Below are positions 52,467 through 64,000 of a stretch of DNA of 64,000 bases, piece by piece. Position 1 is the first letter of the stretch, and every line of letters starts with the position of its first letter. Where the stretch lies: NCBI GenBank assembly GCA_964016885.1, contig OZ024741.1:343790001-343854000 (forward strand). Reading direction: 5' to 3'. This stretch comes from Eledone cirrhosa. Its lineage: Eukaryota. The position numbers and the translations under genes are program-made. The notes under the pieces are model-generated. The model was not told where the DNA came from. It did no database searches and saw only the letters and a list, made by a program, of their open reading frames with translations.

Positions 52467-52824
52467 AGCGTCAGTCATACAAAAGTGAGTTACAAACGAA
52501 ACGAAATTTAATTTCGTTTCGTTATTTGTTTTTATATATATATATATACATATATATATTCATGTATGTGCATACATACATTTAATTGATTGACCTCCCT
52601 TGCCGTTAATATTAGGTTTCTGCGTGTACATGTATCTTAGGAGGGCAACAATGACCGATGAAAACCATTGCTACTAGAATAATCAAAAGAACACACGGGT
52701 CGCAATGGCTGAGTTGTCTTCGTGTTATTAAACCTGTGGAATCTAACATTACTTATAGTAGAAAGGGAAATTAAATCTCAGAGAAAACTCTAAGGCAGAT
52801 AAATCAATCGATCAATATAAATAT

Positions 52825-55800
52825 ATATGTAACTTTGATAGGTTTCGACCAGTATTGACTCAGGCCATGTCTAACTCAACAGCACCACATGGCGAAGTCT
52901 TACAAATCAGTGTTTGGGCACCATGGCCCTCTTGAGCAGAGAGTTATTGTTTACGGAGGCATATCCGGGTGTAGGAGGCTTATCCCGAATTTCCTGAAGG
53001 AATTTGTCCAAAGACTTCCTGAACCTGATGGGTCTGTTTCTACTTTGATGTGTTTTGGGGTAATGTTAAAGAGAGCAGGGTCAATTGAGGTGAAATAATT
53101 GTGCCGTATTGTTGTTATAAGATGCGAGTGAGATTTTTGTCGTGTGCGGATAGCACGGGGCCCAACCCTTGGGTGTACACTAAAGGTGATCATTTGGGCA
53201 AATCTGATGGAATATTTTCCACATCATGCAGATAATGTAGCGCTAACGGCGACGTTGGAGAGAATAAAGCTGAGCTTTTCTAATCGACTCCAATAATCAA
53301 GGCCTGTCATGCCATCTATATTTTTTGTAATTGACCTTTGGGGTGCTTCAACTTTCATGATACTTTTTTTTGTATGGGAAAACCACAGTGGACAACAGTA
53401 TTCAAGGTGGGGTCGGGCAAAAGTGGAGAAGAGAAGGCTAAAAATGTGGATATCTCTCGACTGGAAAGTCCTGAGTATCCAGGAACACATTCTGCGGGCC
53501 ATATCAACTTAGCTGTTTATATGAGTGGGCTAGCTTATGTTGTTGTCCACAATTACTCCCAGGTCTCTGATGTTATTGGATGCCGCTAGGGTTTCACCCG
53601 AAGGAAGAGAGTATGGTAGTTTCAGGGCATCCTTTTTTCCAAAGTGGATTAATTCAAACTTATCCTCATTCAACAGCATATTATTCTTTTCTGCCCATTG
53701 GATAACAGCCAGTAGGTCTGACTGAAGGCAAGTCCGGTCACCCACCCTTTGGAGCTTGGAATCATCTGCGAAGATTCTTACGTTACTGTGCTTGATGATG
53801 TCAGTAATGTCATTAATGTAGATGATGAAAAGAAGTGGGCCCAACACAGTGCCTTGTGGGGCGCCACTGCTGACCTTGGCAGGGCTCGATTTTACTCCCT
53901 CGACTACAACATACTGGGTTCGGTCTGTCAGGAAACATTTGATCCACTGTAGTAACCTTCCAGAGACACCAACATTGGATAGTCTTTTCAGTAGAATCTT
54001 ATGATCAACCCTATCAAAGGCCTTGCTGAAATCAAGGTAGATGACATCAGTGTTGGAGCCCTCTACCAAGACTCTCAAAACATCGTCAAAGAGGTGCAGG
54101 AGCTGCGTTAGGCAGTCCCTTCCATTACGGAACCCATGTTGGTTGGAGTTCAGCAGGCCGTTGCTTTCAAGAAAGTGGGTTATTCGTGATCTCACCACCC
54201 TCTCAAACACCTTGATAATATGAGAGGTGATTGAGATCTGACGATAATTCACTGCAAGGGACTTATTTCCCTTTTTGAAGACTGGTACAACGGACTGGGA
54301 CAGACAGTTTTCAGGAATATAGCCAGTATCCAGTGATTTCCTCCACAGATTAACAAGAGGAGTTGCAAGTTGGTGTCGACACACCTTCAGGTCACAAGAA
54401 GTGAACCTGTCGGGGCCTACTGCTGAATTGTGTTCAATTTCGTTTATTGCCGCTAAGACATCAGGGATGCCAAATGTTATGTCTGATATAGTGTGTTGGG
54501 GGTTAATATCACTGATACAGCCCAGACCGGCCATATCAGGATTGCTGAAAACAGAGCAGTATTGTTTCTGCAGTATCTCGCCCATGGTTTTAGCATTATC
54601 TTGGAGTGTGCCATTTTCATCAACTAGAAGGCCAACAGTGGAGACGGTGACCTTGTGTTTTTTAGCAAATGAAAAGAACACTTTGGGGTTTAGTTTAATT
54701 TTCTCAATGGCCCACCTCTCTTCAGCTGTTCTCTGGTTATTGATGATGGTCATCGTGCATTGTTGGAGGTTATATTTTTTTTATTCAAGGAGGGCGATAG
54801 CCACCAAATGTGTGTGTTGCCGTTGGCAGTATTTTAGTGTGTTAATTTTTTTGTTTGTTCTTTTTATTTTTCTGATAATTGTTTTTTCTGTTTTGGGGGA
54901 TACTGCACTTGGTTTTGTTCACAGGTTTTGGTGGGGTGTGTTTTGTACATATATTTGTGACAGTGTCTACAAAGATCTGCCAAGATGTTTTGATGTTGGT
55001 GGAAGTGTGTGTAAAAGACCAGTCAACATGTGATAGTTCGTTCATAATTGCATCCCAGTTGGTATTGTAGAGAACCATGTTATCAAATGGGTGGGCTGGA
55101 AAGAGGACCCTGCAATTAGCTTTCAGCTGGTGGAATCTCAGGTTACAAAGAACCATGTCATGGTCTGAGAGAAGGGTTTTTTCCACTGTAATATTATGGA
55201 TAGTGTTAGTGTTAGATCCAGAATGTTCTTCTGATGCCTTGTTGGTGCAAGGACAGTTGGGACAAGAAAAGCTCATTCATGAAGTCAAGAAGTGACTCGA
55301 CTACTTCTTTGTCAGTGGTTGGGGTTGGACTGCCTGTTTTCAAACTGTTTGTAGACCAATTGACACAGGGTAAATTAAAGTCTCCTATCAAAAGTATGTT
55401 GCTAGAATGGCACTGTTTAATAAAGCATTTAATACTGTTAAGGCATTCTTTGAAGCAGATTATGGGTGTTTGTGGTGGCCTGCAGAGCCCAACTAATATC
55501 AGGTCATTGGCTTTATTGTGCACAGTGACTGATTCACAGTAGCCATTGGAGAATGTTGTGTTACCATCTGCTGTAAAGGAATCATGCAGGAAAATGGCAG
55601 TTCCACCCTTCCTTCTACCAACACGATATCGCACGGATGGTTGTGAAATTCCTCACTCTTACTTCGGCCTCCAAGTGGGAGTTGTCAAGGTGGGTCTCAG
55701 TAAGAAGGGGATGTAAAATGGATGGTTACCAACCCAATCCTCAATGAATTGGATTTTCCATTTCTGTGCATTGGTGGATAGGCCGATACCTTGTGTATTG

Positions 55801-56849
55801 AGTAAAAATGTGGAGGCTAATGTGGTGGATGGTTTTGACTGTTGCAGGGGGCTTGTTCTGAGATTGTGTGTTAGTGATAGCAAGGATGGTGTTGGGTGAT
55901 GGCTAAAATGTTTTCTGTATCTCTTTTGCCAGGTTCATGGCTAAAAAAGAAAAATGTTCTTGTTCAGGGAGCAGTTTTTGATTGGATTTGTGGTTACACC
56001 ATTGGATAGGGTTGCAGTTCCCTCTTTTGATGTTGTATTTTTTGTAATCGTGTCTTTGTGAAAAGACTGCAGCAGCATTACTTTTGTTGTTGTTGCTGTA
56101 TTTGATGTTGTTGTAATCGTGTCTTTGTGAAAAGACTGGAGCAGCATTACTTTTGTTGTTTTTGTTGTTGTAATTGTTGTAATCGTGTCTTTGTGAGAAG
56201 ACTGGAGCAGCATTACTGCAGCACGGGTGGCTTAATTCTGGTTTGTGTGTTGGCATAGAGCCCCTTTTCTGTTCGTGCGTTGTGTCCCAGGAAGATGAGT
56301 AAAGGGACAGTCAGTCAGCAGACATAGCCTCTCACGTTGAGAATGTTGGCAGATTTTGGGACTCCGACTTATGCGTGTGGGCAGCGTGTTTTGGTGTTGG
56401 CTGGCAGTGTTAGTGTGCCTAGTACCCGGTAAATGGGTAAATATGCAATCTCCACGTGTGCATAGCCTCTCACGTAGTGAGCAGCGGCATATTTTGAAGT
56501 TTCTAGTTTGTGTAGTGTGTGTGTGGGGGGGGGGGACTGCATACAGCTCCATAGATTTTGTTTTAAAGTTCTTTTGACTACAGCATGACTGTGGTGGTGA
56601 TGCGGAGGACGAAATAAGTGGTCGTGACGATGATGATGATGATAACTGTGATGGAGGCTGTGAGAGTGGTTGGAGAGAATGCAGTGGTCCATTACTAGCA
56701 GTTGATGCGGCAGAAGATGGTGACGGTGGTGATGGCGATGTCGATAATGATGGCTGAGTGAGTGGTTGAGGGATACTGTCATTCAGTAACTCAGCTATTA
56801 TGCTTTAATTCAGTAGTGGTGGAGGTGGTGGTGGCTCCTGGTTTTCTGG

Positions 56850-56880
<31 letters not shown>

Positions 56881-57148
56881 GTTTGTCGATTGGAGTAAAT
56901 ATGTCGAAGTTTTTCAAAATGGTTTTGAATTAGCTTGAAAGAGACTTCTACATGTTTTAGTTTGTTGTGTATCTGCTTAGCAGACCTCGTGGTAAATGTT
57001 TGAGCTGTTTTTTCAGCAATCTCATTCAGACACGACGCGTTAATGTTTATTGTTTGGGTCAGAGAAAACCATGTTTATTAAGAGGTCAATTTCATTATCA
57101 GACCAATTTCGTCTGTTGTGGGCTTGCTGGTCAGTAGTCATATTTTTT

Positions 57149-57150
<2 letters not shown>
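52825..57150 (-). mobile_element. Decayed, near full-length CR1/L2-group LINE
   Basis: ORF1 remnants with CCCH fingers, APE pieces at 54842-55883 (GGTAIF, IGDFN, LSDH), RT at 53530-54753, C-terminal ARPHLEYCCPLW. Confidence 0.85.
53530..54753 (-). pseudogene. LINE reverse transcriptase, largest open segment of a fragmented ORF2
   Basis: PVFKKG, NYRQISIT, NQHGFR, YLDFSKAFDRVDH, PQGTVLGPLLF, FADD. Confidence 0.9.
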
Positions 57151-57242
<92 letters not shown>

Positions 57243-57272
57243 ATGTGCATATATATATATATATATATATAT

Positions 57273-57378
57273 AGGAAAAGAGTCAGGACTCTTTTCCTGT
57301 TACCCACTATGGAACCCTAGGTATCGAGTACTCTGGTGCGTTGTGGCCCACCTGGTATCTTACCACACCTTCGTTGTT
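57273..57378 (+). mobile_element. Short relative of the 31761-31953 family with a 26 bp fold-back 5' end
   Basis: GGAAAAGAGTC-AG-GACTCTTTTCC then TTACCCACT..GAGTACTCTGGTGCGTT..CCACCTGG; in (TA)n. Confidence 0.6.
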
Positions 57379-57475
57379 ATATATATATATACATATATAT
57401 ATATTTATTATAATGACAGATTAAAGTTTAAGCAAAGAGTCGCGGCTTTCACCCTTAGTCATCAAATTTATTATT

Positions 57476-57577
<102 letters not shown>

Positions 57578-57592
57578 GTATATATGTATATA

Positions 57593-57696
<104 letters not shown>

Positions 57697-57751
57697 GTTA
57701 GGTTTTTTTTAGAAAATGAAAAATAACCGAGGTGTCCTACACGAGTGAAAG

Positions 57752-57974
57752 TATAAAGAAAAAGAGATGAAATCGAAAATGCAACTGGAGTCTTATTTTT
57801 TTAAAATAAGAGAAAAACCACAGACAATTGAGAAAAACCACAGCCCCTCCATCTCAACTCACCTTTTGAAAAGCAGAAGAACTGCGAAACCGGTAAAGAA
57901 ACCAAATAAATATATATATTTAAAAAAAAATAAGACTCCAGTTGCATTTTCGATTCCATCTCTTTTTCTTTATA
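57752..57974 (+). mobile_element. ~220 bp element with ~53 bp inverted ends and a degenerate HHR (57863-57898)
   Basis: CUU-UUGAAAA (mutated core)-GCAG AAGAA CUGC-GAAA-CCGG-UA-AAG; related fragment near 31260-31310. Confidence 0.65.
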
Positions 57975-57982
57975 TATATACA

Positions 57983-58774
57983 CAAATATATTACACAAAG
58001 AGAAGTGTGTTAGACTGTGAGATGTGTGTAAATAATTATTACAAGTGATTTTTACTGTTACTGTATAGAGAGCAATATCGACAGGTTTAGCACTGAAATA
58101 GAAAAAAAACTAAGTCAGAATCAAATCTCTGAATCAGAGTTTTAAATTACCAACCTTATAACTATAAGTTTGATGATACGAATCTCGCTTCGTTTCACCA
58201 CCAATATGTGTAGTATGACAGGTCACAGGATCCTCAGTCAGCAAATGTGGACACTGTTCATGACACATCTAACCTCATGGATAGAGAGAAAGCTAATATA
58301 CACACTGCCCAGAGTAGGGCGAAATCACGTGTTATTTGCATCAAATAACCGCTCTCATGGATTGGGGAAAATGCTAGAGAGGGCAGCCCGACCATTCGAG
58401 TTTATTAGCTCAACAATTTGGAACTCGTTATGTATACAAAGATCGGAATTACGAGTATTCCGCAGTTCACAGTAATAATAATAATAATATTAGCTCAAAG
58501 AAGAATAGAGAATTTTCTTCTGAGCTCAAATGCAAATATATTACACAAAGAGAAGTGTGTTACACAGTGAGATGTGTATAAAGAATTATTACAAGTTATT
58601 TTTACCGGTAAAAACAACTTGTAATAATTCTTTACACACATCTCACTGTGTTACACACTTCTCTTTGTGTAATATATTTGCATTTGAGCTCAGAAGAAAT
58701 TTCTCTATTCTTCTTTGAGCTAATATTATTATTATTATTACTGTGAACTGCGGAATACTCTTAATTCCGATCTT

Positions 58775-58780
<6 letters not shown>
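57983..58780 (-). mobile_element. Non-coding ~550 nt unit with 73 bp terminal direct repeats, one HHR and a 348 bp fold-back cap
   Basis: 57983-58055 repeats at 58533-58605; palindrome 58433-58780 centred on ACCGGT. Confidence 0.7.
58169..58245 (-). ncRNA. Type I hammerhead ribozyme motif with a closed stem-loop III
   Basis: UUUGCUGA-CUGAGGA-UCC..GGU-GAAA-CGAA GCGAGA UUCG-UA-UCAUCAAA. Confidence 0.7.
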
Positions 58781-58811
<31 letters not shown>

Positions 58812-58815
58812 TATA

Positions 58816-59463
58816 CTACCCGAATTACCCGCACCTTGCTGCGTTTCACACATGTTTCTTTTTGTAAGAAAATGATGATTGATTTTAAACCAGTGATATA
58901 ATTTATGGAGAAAACTCTGCATTTCAATATTACTCAATGTAAAATGTAATGCATGAAAAATTGGAAAACATTATTTTTTGTAATAATTTAAATCAAAATT
59001 ATATTATTAAATCTTATTCTTATTTTGTTTCTTGTAAATATTTTTTTTCAAAATATCAATTCAATACTTGATCATTTCATTTTTGTGTAAAGCATTATTT
59101 TCAAATTAGAAATTCAAACTTCCAATACTCAAGTTATGGGCTTCCAAAATGTTCACTATAGGGGGTTTATCCCCCATTAGGGTGTCTTAATATTATTGAA
59201 ATTTGCTGAAATTTTGTGAATAGACATCATATCTTTTCATTTCCCCATGGTTTAAATTTTATATAAATCGAAGGTAAAAACGTTTCAGAGGGACTTTTTA
59301 TCGGGGCTTGTGCTCCCGGGAAACCCTTTGATTAAAATGAAATATACTTATCCAAGTACCCTGGGCAATGTTGTTTCAGAATACATATAGTTATAGAGTC
59401 TATCTCCAAAACCATAGGAGGAGTTCGTGAACAAGCAAACAAACACACAGACAAGAACTACAA

Positions 59464-59470
<7 letters not shown>
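58816..59470 (-). mobile_element. Non-autonomous Helitron-like element
   Basis: Minus-strand 5' TATAAGTTGTAGTTCTTGTCTGTGTGTTTGTTTG and 3' ACGCAGCAAGGTGCGGGT hairpin ending GTAG|T. Confidence 0.5.
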
Positions 59471-59522
<52 letters not shown>

Positions 59523-59601
59523 ATATATATATATGTGTGTATATATATATATATATATTTGTATATAATATATATATATATATATTTGTATATAATATAT
59601 G

Positions 59602-59668
<67 letters not shown>

Positions 59669-59673
<5 letters not shown>

Positions 59674-62600
59674 AGGATGAATATAAAATGAAAGTGCTTT
59701 TTTTAAAAAAGGAATTTATTAGGTATTGACATATGTTTCTGTAACAGACGGAATACCTATGTATCGCTGCTTGCGTAATCATATAATGTTAGCAAGTATT
59801 CGATAGCAAATGTATAATCAGTTGTCACTTCTTCAGAGATTTTGGATAAATTGAATAAAATCAGAAAAATTGAAGTATATATATTAGTAATAGAGGAAGA
59901 AAAAGAGGGGATAGTATATGACAGATGGTAAATCAAATTACTGCTAAACAAGTATATAATGGGTTTCTAATGAGAATACCATGAGTAAATGGTTCATTTT
60001 ATCTAAATAAGAATTTTTGGGAGTGCCAATTTTAATCTCTACTTGATCAATTGGACAGTGGACCGGGCTGGTCATTTGGTGTAGTAGTATTAATTATAAA
60101 GTGTCAATTGGGGAAGGGGGAGATTTCGATTGCTACTGAATAACATCAATGCTAGCAGCCAGCTGGTATATGCATTAGGGAATTGAATCAAAAAATCAGA
60201 AATCTCATTTTATCTATAGCAGTTTATATTAAAAGGTAAATAATAGAAGAGTTGATAGAATTAAGACTAATAAAGAATGTTAATATCTATTTTGACAATC
60301 AAACGGGGATAGAGACAGGCGTTCAATCCTGGTAGTATTTATAATATGAAAATGTAGATTTTAAGCGATGGTTACAGTATAACGATCGCTCTATTCTGTT
60401 ATTTAATAAAATGTTTTTGGATTTCATAATACAAAATAATTCTACATTACATAATTTACAAAATTCCTGTCCATGGGATATGGGGGGGCAGCCGCTATTA
60501 TATCCCATTTTAGGTTAAATTGTTGGTTATTTTCACGCAGCTGCCAAGCCTTGTCTGCGAGTGTTGTTACATAACGCTGGTTTTCATGTTTTATCGAGTA
60601 ACGATGTCTATAAAGGCGTGATTTGAAGGAGGTGGCTGTAGATCCCACATAGTACCACTTCTGTCTATCCGATTCGATAGTACATTTGTATACGATGTTG
60701 CGTTCAAGACACTGATTGTTCAACGGACACATTCCTGGTAGGACACAGTTGCAATTATAATTTTGCGTTGTTGTATTGTCATGGATGGGTTGATGAGGTT
60801 GCTTATGTAGGACAGGATGTTGTTTGTTGTTTTGTGATGTTATAGCTAATGTTTTACGTGTATTGTTTTGTGTTGGAAGGCGTTTATACAACCGTTTTGC
60901 GTTAAGCTTTTTTATATGTTGTTCAATATAAGGGGCGGTTGAATATGAAAGTCGAATAGTGTTAGGGTTTAAGATTTTATTATATTTATGTGATGTTGGA
61001 AAGTGTTTTTTAACTAATCGAAAGAATTTTGAGGGTAGATTGGTTTTAATAGAGTTGTTATAGACCGGGTTGTACCAAATATACTCCTTACATCGCCTTC
61101 TGTTTGGTGGTGTGCGACTATTATTGTGTCTATTGCGGTAGTGTATGTATGGTGGTGATTCTGTGCTATTTCTACTCCTATGGGATTTATTTTGGGTGTT
61201 TTGGTGATCTTCGACTATATACTCTATATTATCTAGGTGACCGGCTTTCCTAAGTGCATCATCATAATATTCGGCATGTTCTTTGAAGGTTTGTTGGTTG
61301 GATGACAGGCGGGAGATTCTAAGAGAAACATTTCTAGGGATGGATTTAATTATAGAGAGTGGATGGTTAGAACTCGTATTTACATATTTAAGGTTCTCAT
61401 TTAGTTTATGGAACGGTTTAATCGTATCTGTATTGAGATTCAAAGTAACATCAAGGAAATTGACCTCTTTGAGGTTATATTCAAATGTAATATTTAATCC
61501 TAGTTCCTTAAAAAGCTTTCTGATATTTTTACGCATCCTTTCTAAATTCTGGTTATTCATATGCTTAACTAATAGGAGCGCATCGTCACGGTAGATTCCA
61601 CCGTGGAGATCCTTGAATTTTCCTTGTAATCTGTGGGTGATATAAATTCCCACAAGATCTGTTACTTCCGCCGAATCATTAGAACCCATAGTGATATCAA
61701 AATTAGAAGGTCTATCTTTGCGAACCCAGTAGCTATCATCGAATTTAACTATAGTTTTCCTCGCTTCCATAATAATTTTAATTTCAGCATCCGTAAGGTC
61801 GGAATTATCCTTAGCGAACGAAAGAGCTTCATGTAGAGTATCAGGTGAAATTGAGGAATAATATTCATCAATATCAAACTGAATAAATTTTGATTTTTTC
61901 TTATCAGTAATGTTATTAAACCATCTTATTGCTTCATGAGTGTTACCCCATAGTTTAATTTCTACTTAACCTTAACTTGGGGGATAATTCTGTCTAGTAT
62001 ATATTTGCTAATTTTGCCTATATCAGATTTAGAGGGGCATATAAGTCTAATATTAGGGTTAGTATCGAAGTTTACCTTGTGGTCCTTCAGGTTGAAGGAT
62101 GGTATAGCTGGTGTTAAGGGTTGCGTTCTATCGTCAATACAAAGTTTTTTAACAATTTCACATGCCGAGTTGTTGATGTTTTTAAGTGTAGCTTCATTAG
62201 TTTTCCTGTATTTTTTATGCAATTCCTTACGGATGAAGTTATTGTAAGTGTCCACATCCATGGTATATACGTTTGATGTTTTGTCTGCTCTAACAATAAT
62301 TCCATTGGCGTTTTTTAGATTATTGAGCAGTGCCGTGATGTCATTCTGTAGTTTATTGTTCTTCCGTTTTGTAAATTTGATCTCCATGATCATATCCATT
62401 AGGTCTTGTTCAAATGCATCCAAAAGTGGGTTTGAGGGTGGGTTCTTGTAAGATTTAAATCCAAATTTATCCTTGTTAAGATCCGATGTTTGGTTTATAC
62501 GGCTTTTGTCAAAATGGAATGTTTTCCGTCTGATTCGTCGAATAAAATCATTGGTCCTTCGTAGCATACCTAGAATATATTCCCTTTTTGCCTGAATAGG

Positions 62601-63435
62601 TATGTTTTTTAACGACATATCCAATTGGTGCCTTTCCATTTTAGAGGCGTATGCTGAATTAGTTGCTCAACTGTATAGGAGATTAATAAAATTTCAGGTT
62701 ATCAATAATGTAGTGATAATATATCGTTACGTTAGAGATGAACAGCGTACGTGCAGGTTTGCTCAACGAGTATAAATTATATTCCGGAGAAAATGTAGAA
62801 AGGATGAATATAAAATGAAAGTGCTTTTTTTTAAAAAGGAATTTATTAGGTATTGAAATATGTTTCTGTAACAGACGGAATACCTATGTATCGCTGCTTG
62901 CGTAATCATATAATGTTAGCAAGTATTCGATAGCAAATGTATAATCAGTTGTCACTTCTTCAGAGATTTTGGATAAATTGGATAAAATCAGAAAAATTGA
63001 AGTATATATATTAGTAATAGAGGAAGAAAAAGAGGGGATAGTATATGACAGATGGTAAATCAAATTACTGCTAAACAAGTATATAATGGGTTTCTAATGA
63101 GAATACCATGAGTAAATGGTTCATTTTATCTAAATAAGAATTTTTGGGAGTGCCAATTTTAATCTCTACTTGACCAATTGGACAGTGGACAGGGCTGGTC
63201 ATTTGGTGTAGTAGTATTAATTATAAAGTGTCAATTGGGGAAGGTGGAGATTTCGATTGCTACTGAATAACATCAATGCTAGTAGCCAGCTGGTATATGC
63301 ATTTCATTTTATATTCATCCTTTCTACATTTTCTCCGGAATATAATTTATACTCGTTGAGCAAACCTGCACGTACGCTGTTCATCTCTAACGTAACGATA
63401 TATTATCACTACATTATTGATAACCTGAAATTTTA
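59669..63435 (-). mobile_element. Near-complete Penelope-like retroelement (possibly Naiad-type) with pseudo-LTRs and an inverted 5' cap
   Basis: Direct repeats at 59669-60176 and 62796-63303; 63302-63435 inverts 62687-62820; RT + GIY-YIG ORF; (TA)n flanks. Confidence 0.92.
60323..62639 (-). pseudogene. PLE polyprotein (RT + C-terminal GIY-YIG) with two frameshifts, near 61960 and 60480
   Basis: ADKT, LKDHK, QFDI, DITMGS, YRDD, FLDV, SNHP, CNCx5CPx4C, YVGST..FKSR..H, CKLC. Confidence 0.9.
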
Positions 63436-63450
63436 TATATATATATATAT

Positions 63451-63786
63451 ATAATATAAGATCAAAAGATGGTTAAAGGAGTTCCATCTATTTTATTATG
63501 CGCATTTCAAAAACAAACATCATCATGCAATAATATTTGTGTTTTCATCAGATAAAACAGGAGAACATGATATGAAGGCTAAAAAACACTTGTGGATAGT
63601 GCAGTTTTAAATCAACATATGTTGATTTAAAACTGCACTATCCACAAGTGATTTTTAGCCTTCATATCATGTTCTCCTGTTTTATCTGATGAAAACACAA
63701 ATATTATTGCATGATGATGTTTGTTTTTGAAATGCGCATAATAAAATAGATGGAACTCCTTTAACCATCTTTTGATCTTATATTAT
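63451..63786. repeat. 336 bp near-perfect loopless palindrome carrying an HHR in each arm
   Basis: Centred on CATATG (63616-63621); one mismatch seen. Confidence 0.95.
63680..63746 (+). ncRNA. Type I hammerhead ribozyme motif (mirror copy at 63491-63557, minus)
   Basis: UUUUAU-CUGAUGA-AAACACAAAU..GUUUGUUUUU-GAAA-UGCGCA-UA-AUAAAA. Confidence 0.85.
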
Positions 63787-63872
63787 GCATACTCCAGTCC
63801 TACAAACTGTAGAGTGCTTCTTATCCGATATCTGCATTGCTTTATTGTACTACAATAAAACTCACCTCCTAC

Positions 63873-63921
<49 letters not shown>

Positions 63922-64000
63922 CGCACACATACACATATATATACAAAAAGTAAGCAGCAATAAATAAAAACAACAACATAGCTCAATGCTAAAATATATT

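Noticed and set aside
58600-58612. Palindrome centre ACCGGT as an HHR stem III
   Set aside because: The second copy of the repeat near 58055 continues without a GAAA at that position
59715-59850. Complete HHR in the PLE pseudo-LTR (also at 62845-62975)
   Set aside because: The 3' half and a distant CUGAAGA with a possible stem II exist, but the bases before CUGAAGA do not pair with those after the UC; not called as a feature
60323-62639. Selenoprotein (UGA/SECIS) recoding as reported for some PLEs
   Set aside because: The linker Cys positions are ordinary Cys codons and the interruptions are TAG stops with frameshifts, not in-frame UGA

Overview
AT-rich, repeat-saturated animal genomic DNA with no recognisable host gene. 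The SINE types and huge (TA)n/(CA)n tracts suggest an octopus-like cephalopod (inference). The window holds: a near full-length Tx1/L1-clade LINE (12.2-18.0 kb, minus); two related Tx1 5' halves fused tail-to-tail into a ~6 kb inverted repeat (39.1-45.1 kb); a decayed CR1/L2-group LINE whose ORF1 region has CCCH fingers (52.8-57.1 kb); a near-complete Penelope-like element (PLE; RT + GIY-YIG, 59.7-63.4 kb) plus PLE fragments; RTE, R4/Dong and CRE remnants; non-autonomous Helitrons; many tRNA-derived SINEs; and a 4 kb (CCA)n-derived array. The most striking hidden signal is about 15 loci with type I hammerhead ribozyme (HHR) motifs (stem I-CUGANGA-stem II-GAAA-mostly palindromic stem III-UH-stem I), found by eye. 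Most lie in short non-coding elements inserted in (TA)n and capped by fold-back palindromes. They look like a diverse set of retrozyme-like, PLE-dependent elements. All folds were checked manually, not computed.
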